In this document: one piece after another, positions 5,900-5,903 of the stretch
How positions within the stretch are numbered: the first letter of the stretch is position 1
How the letters are laid out: every line of letters begins with the position of its first letter
Translations under genes and position numbers: made by a program
The notes under the pieces: model-generated
Seen by the model: the letters and a program-made list of their open reading frames with translations, nothing else
Told to the model about the DNA's origin: nothing
Database searches by the model: none
Origin: Rotaria sp.
Taxonomy: Eukaryota
Reading direction: 5' to 3'
Assembly: GCA_905331515.1 (NCBI GenBank)
Contig: CAJNZC010000789.1
Span: 22,854-28,756, forward strand
Length of the DNA stretch: 5,903 bases

Positions 5900-5903
5900 A
5901 GTA

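Noticed and set aside
1-5903. Stop-codon reassignment (TGA, or all three stops, read as sense) to explain in-frame stops inside homologous blocks of the peptidase copies and at 5897.
   Set aside because: About 750 consecutive PARP4-like codons contain no TGA, TAA or TAG, and Trp is always TGG. The peptidase copies also show frameshifts, deletions and lost catalytic motifs. One TGA aligns to TGT in the sister copy. Pseudogene decay explains the data better.
1-5903. A search for a prokaryotic-style novel system: defence island, toxin-antitoxin, CRISPR, integrase, tRNA or rRNA.
   Set aside because: Coding information is split by GT-AG introns with polypyrimidine tracts. There are no contiguous long ORFs, no Shine-Dalgarno-linked gene packing and no repeat-spacer array. 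The content is a eukaryotic gene plus two pseudogene relics.

Overview
This window is AT-rich eukaryotic nuclear DNA, not prokaryotic. I see no operon-like ORF packing, CRISPR array, tRNA, rRNA, or recognisable transposon or defence system. I cannot name the species. There are two parts. (1) From 2429 to the window end, a plus-strand gene of 12 exons has 11 GT-AG introns: ten of 45-85 nt and one of 612 nt. The spliced product has the order BRCT, degenerate WGR-like module, PARP regulatory helical domain, PARP catalytic domain with the H-Y-E triad intact, then VIT. That is the architecture of vault PARP (PARP4/vPARP). The frame is clean for about 750 codons and then meets a TGA at 5897-5899, 5 nt before the window edge, where vertebrate PARP4 (recalled from memory) continues toward its vWA domain. 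(2) From 128 to 2140 lie two diverged, head-to-head inverted copies of a pepsin-like (A1) aspartic peptidase gene fragment. Both lack the 5' signal/propeptide region and a recognisable catalytic DTG motif, and both carry in-frame stops. One intron position is conserved between them. I interpret them as pseudogenes created by a DNA-level inverted duplication. By eye, the left part is somewhat more GC-rich than the PARP4 exons. Several track ORFs are antisense or intron read-through artefacts, and their leading M is often a TTG or GTG. All homology statements rest on my own motif recognition, because no searches could be run.
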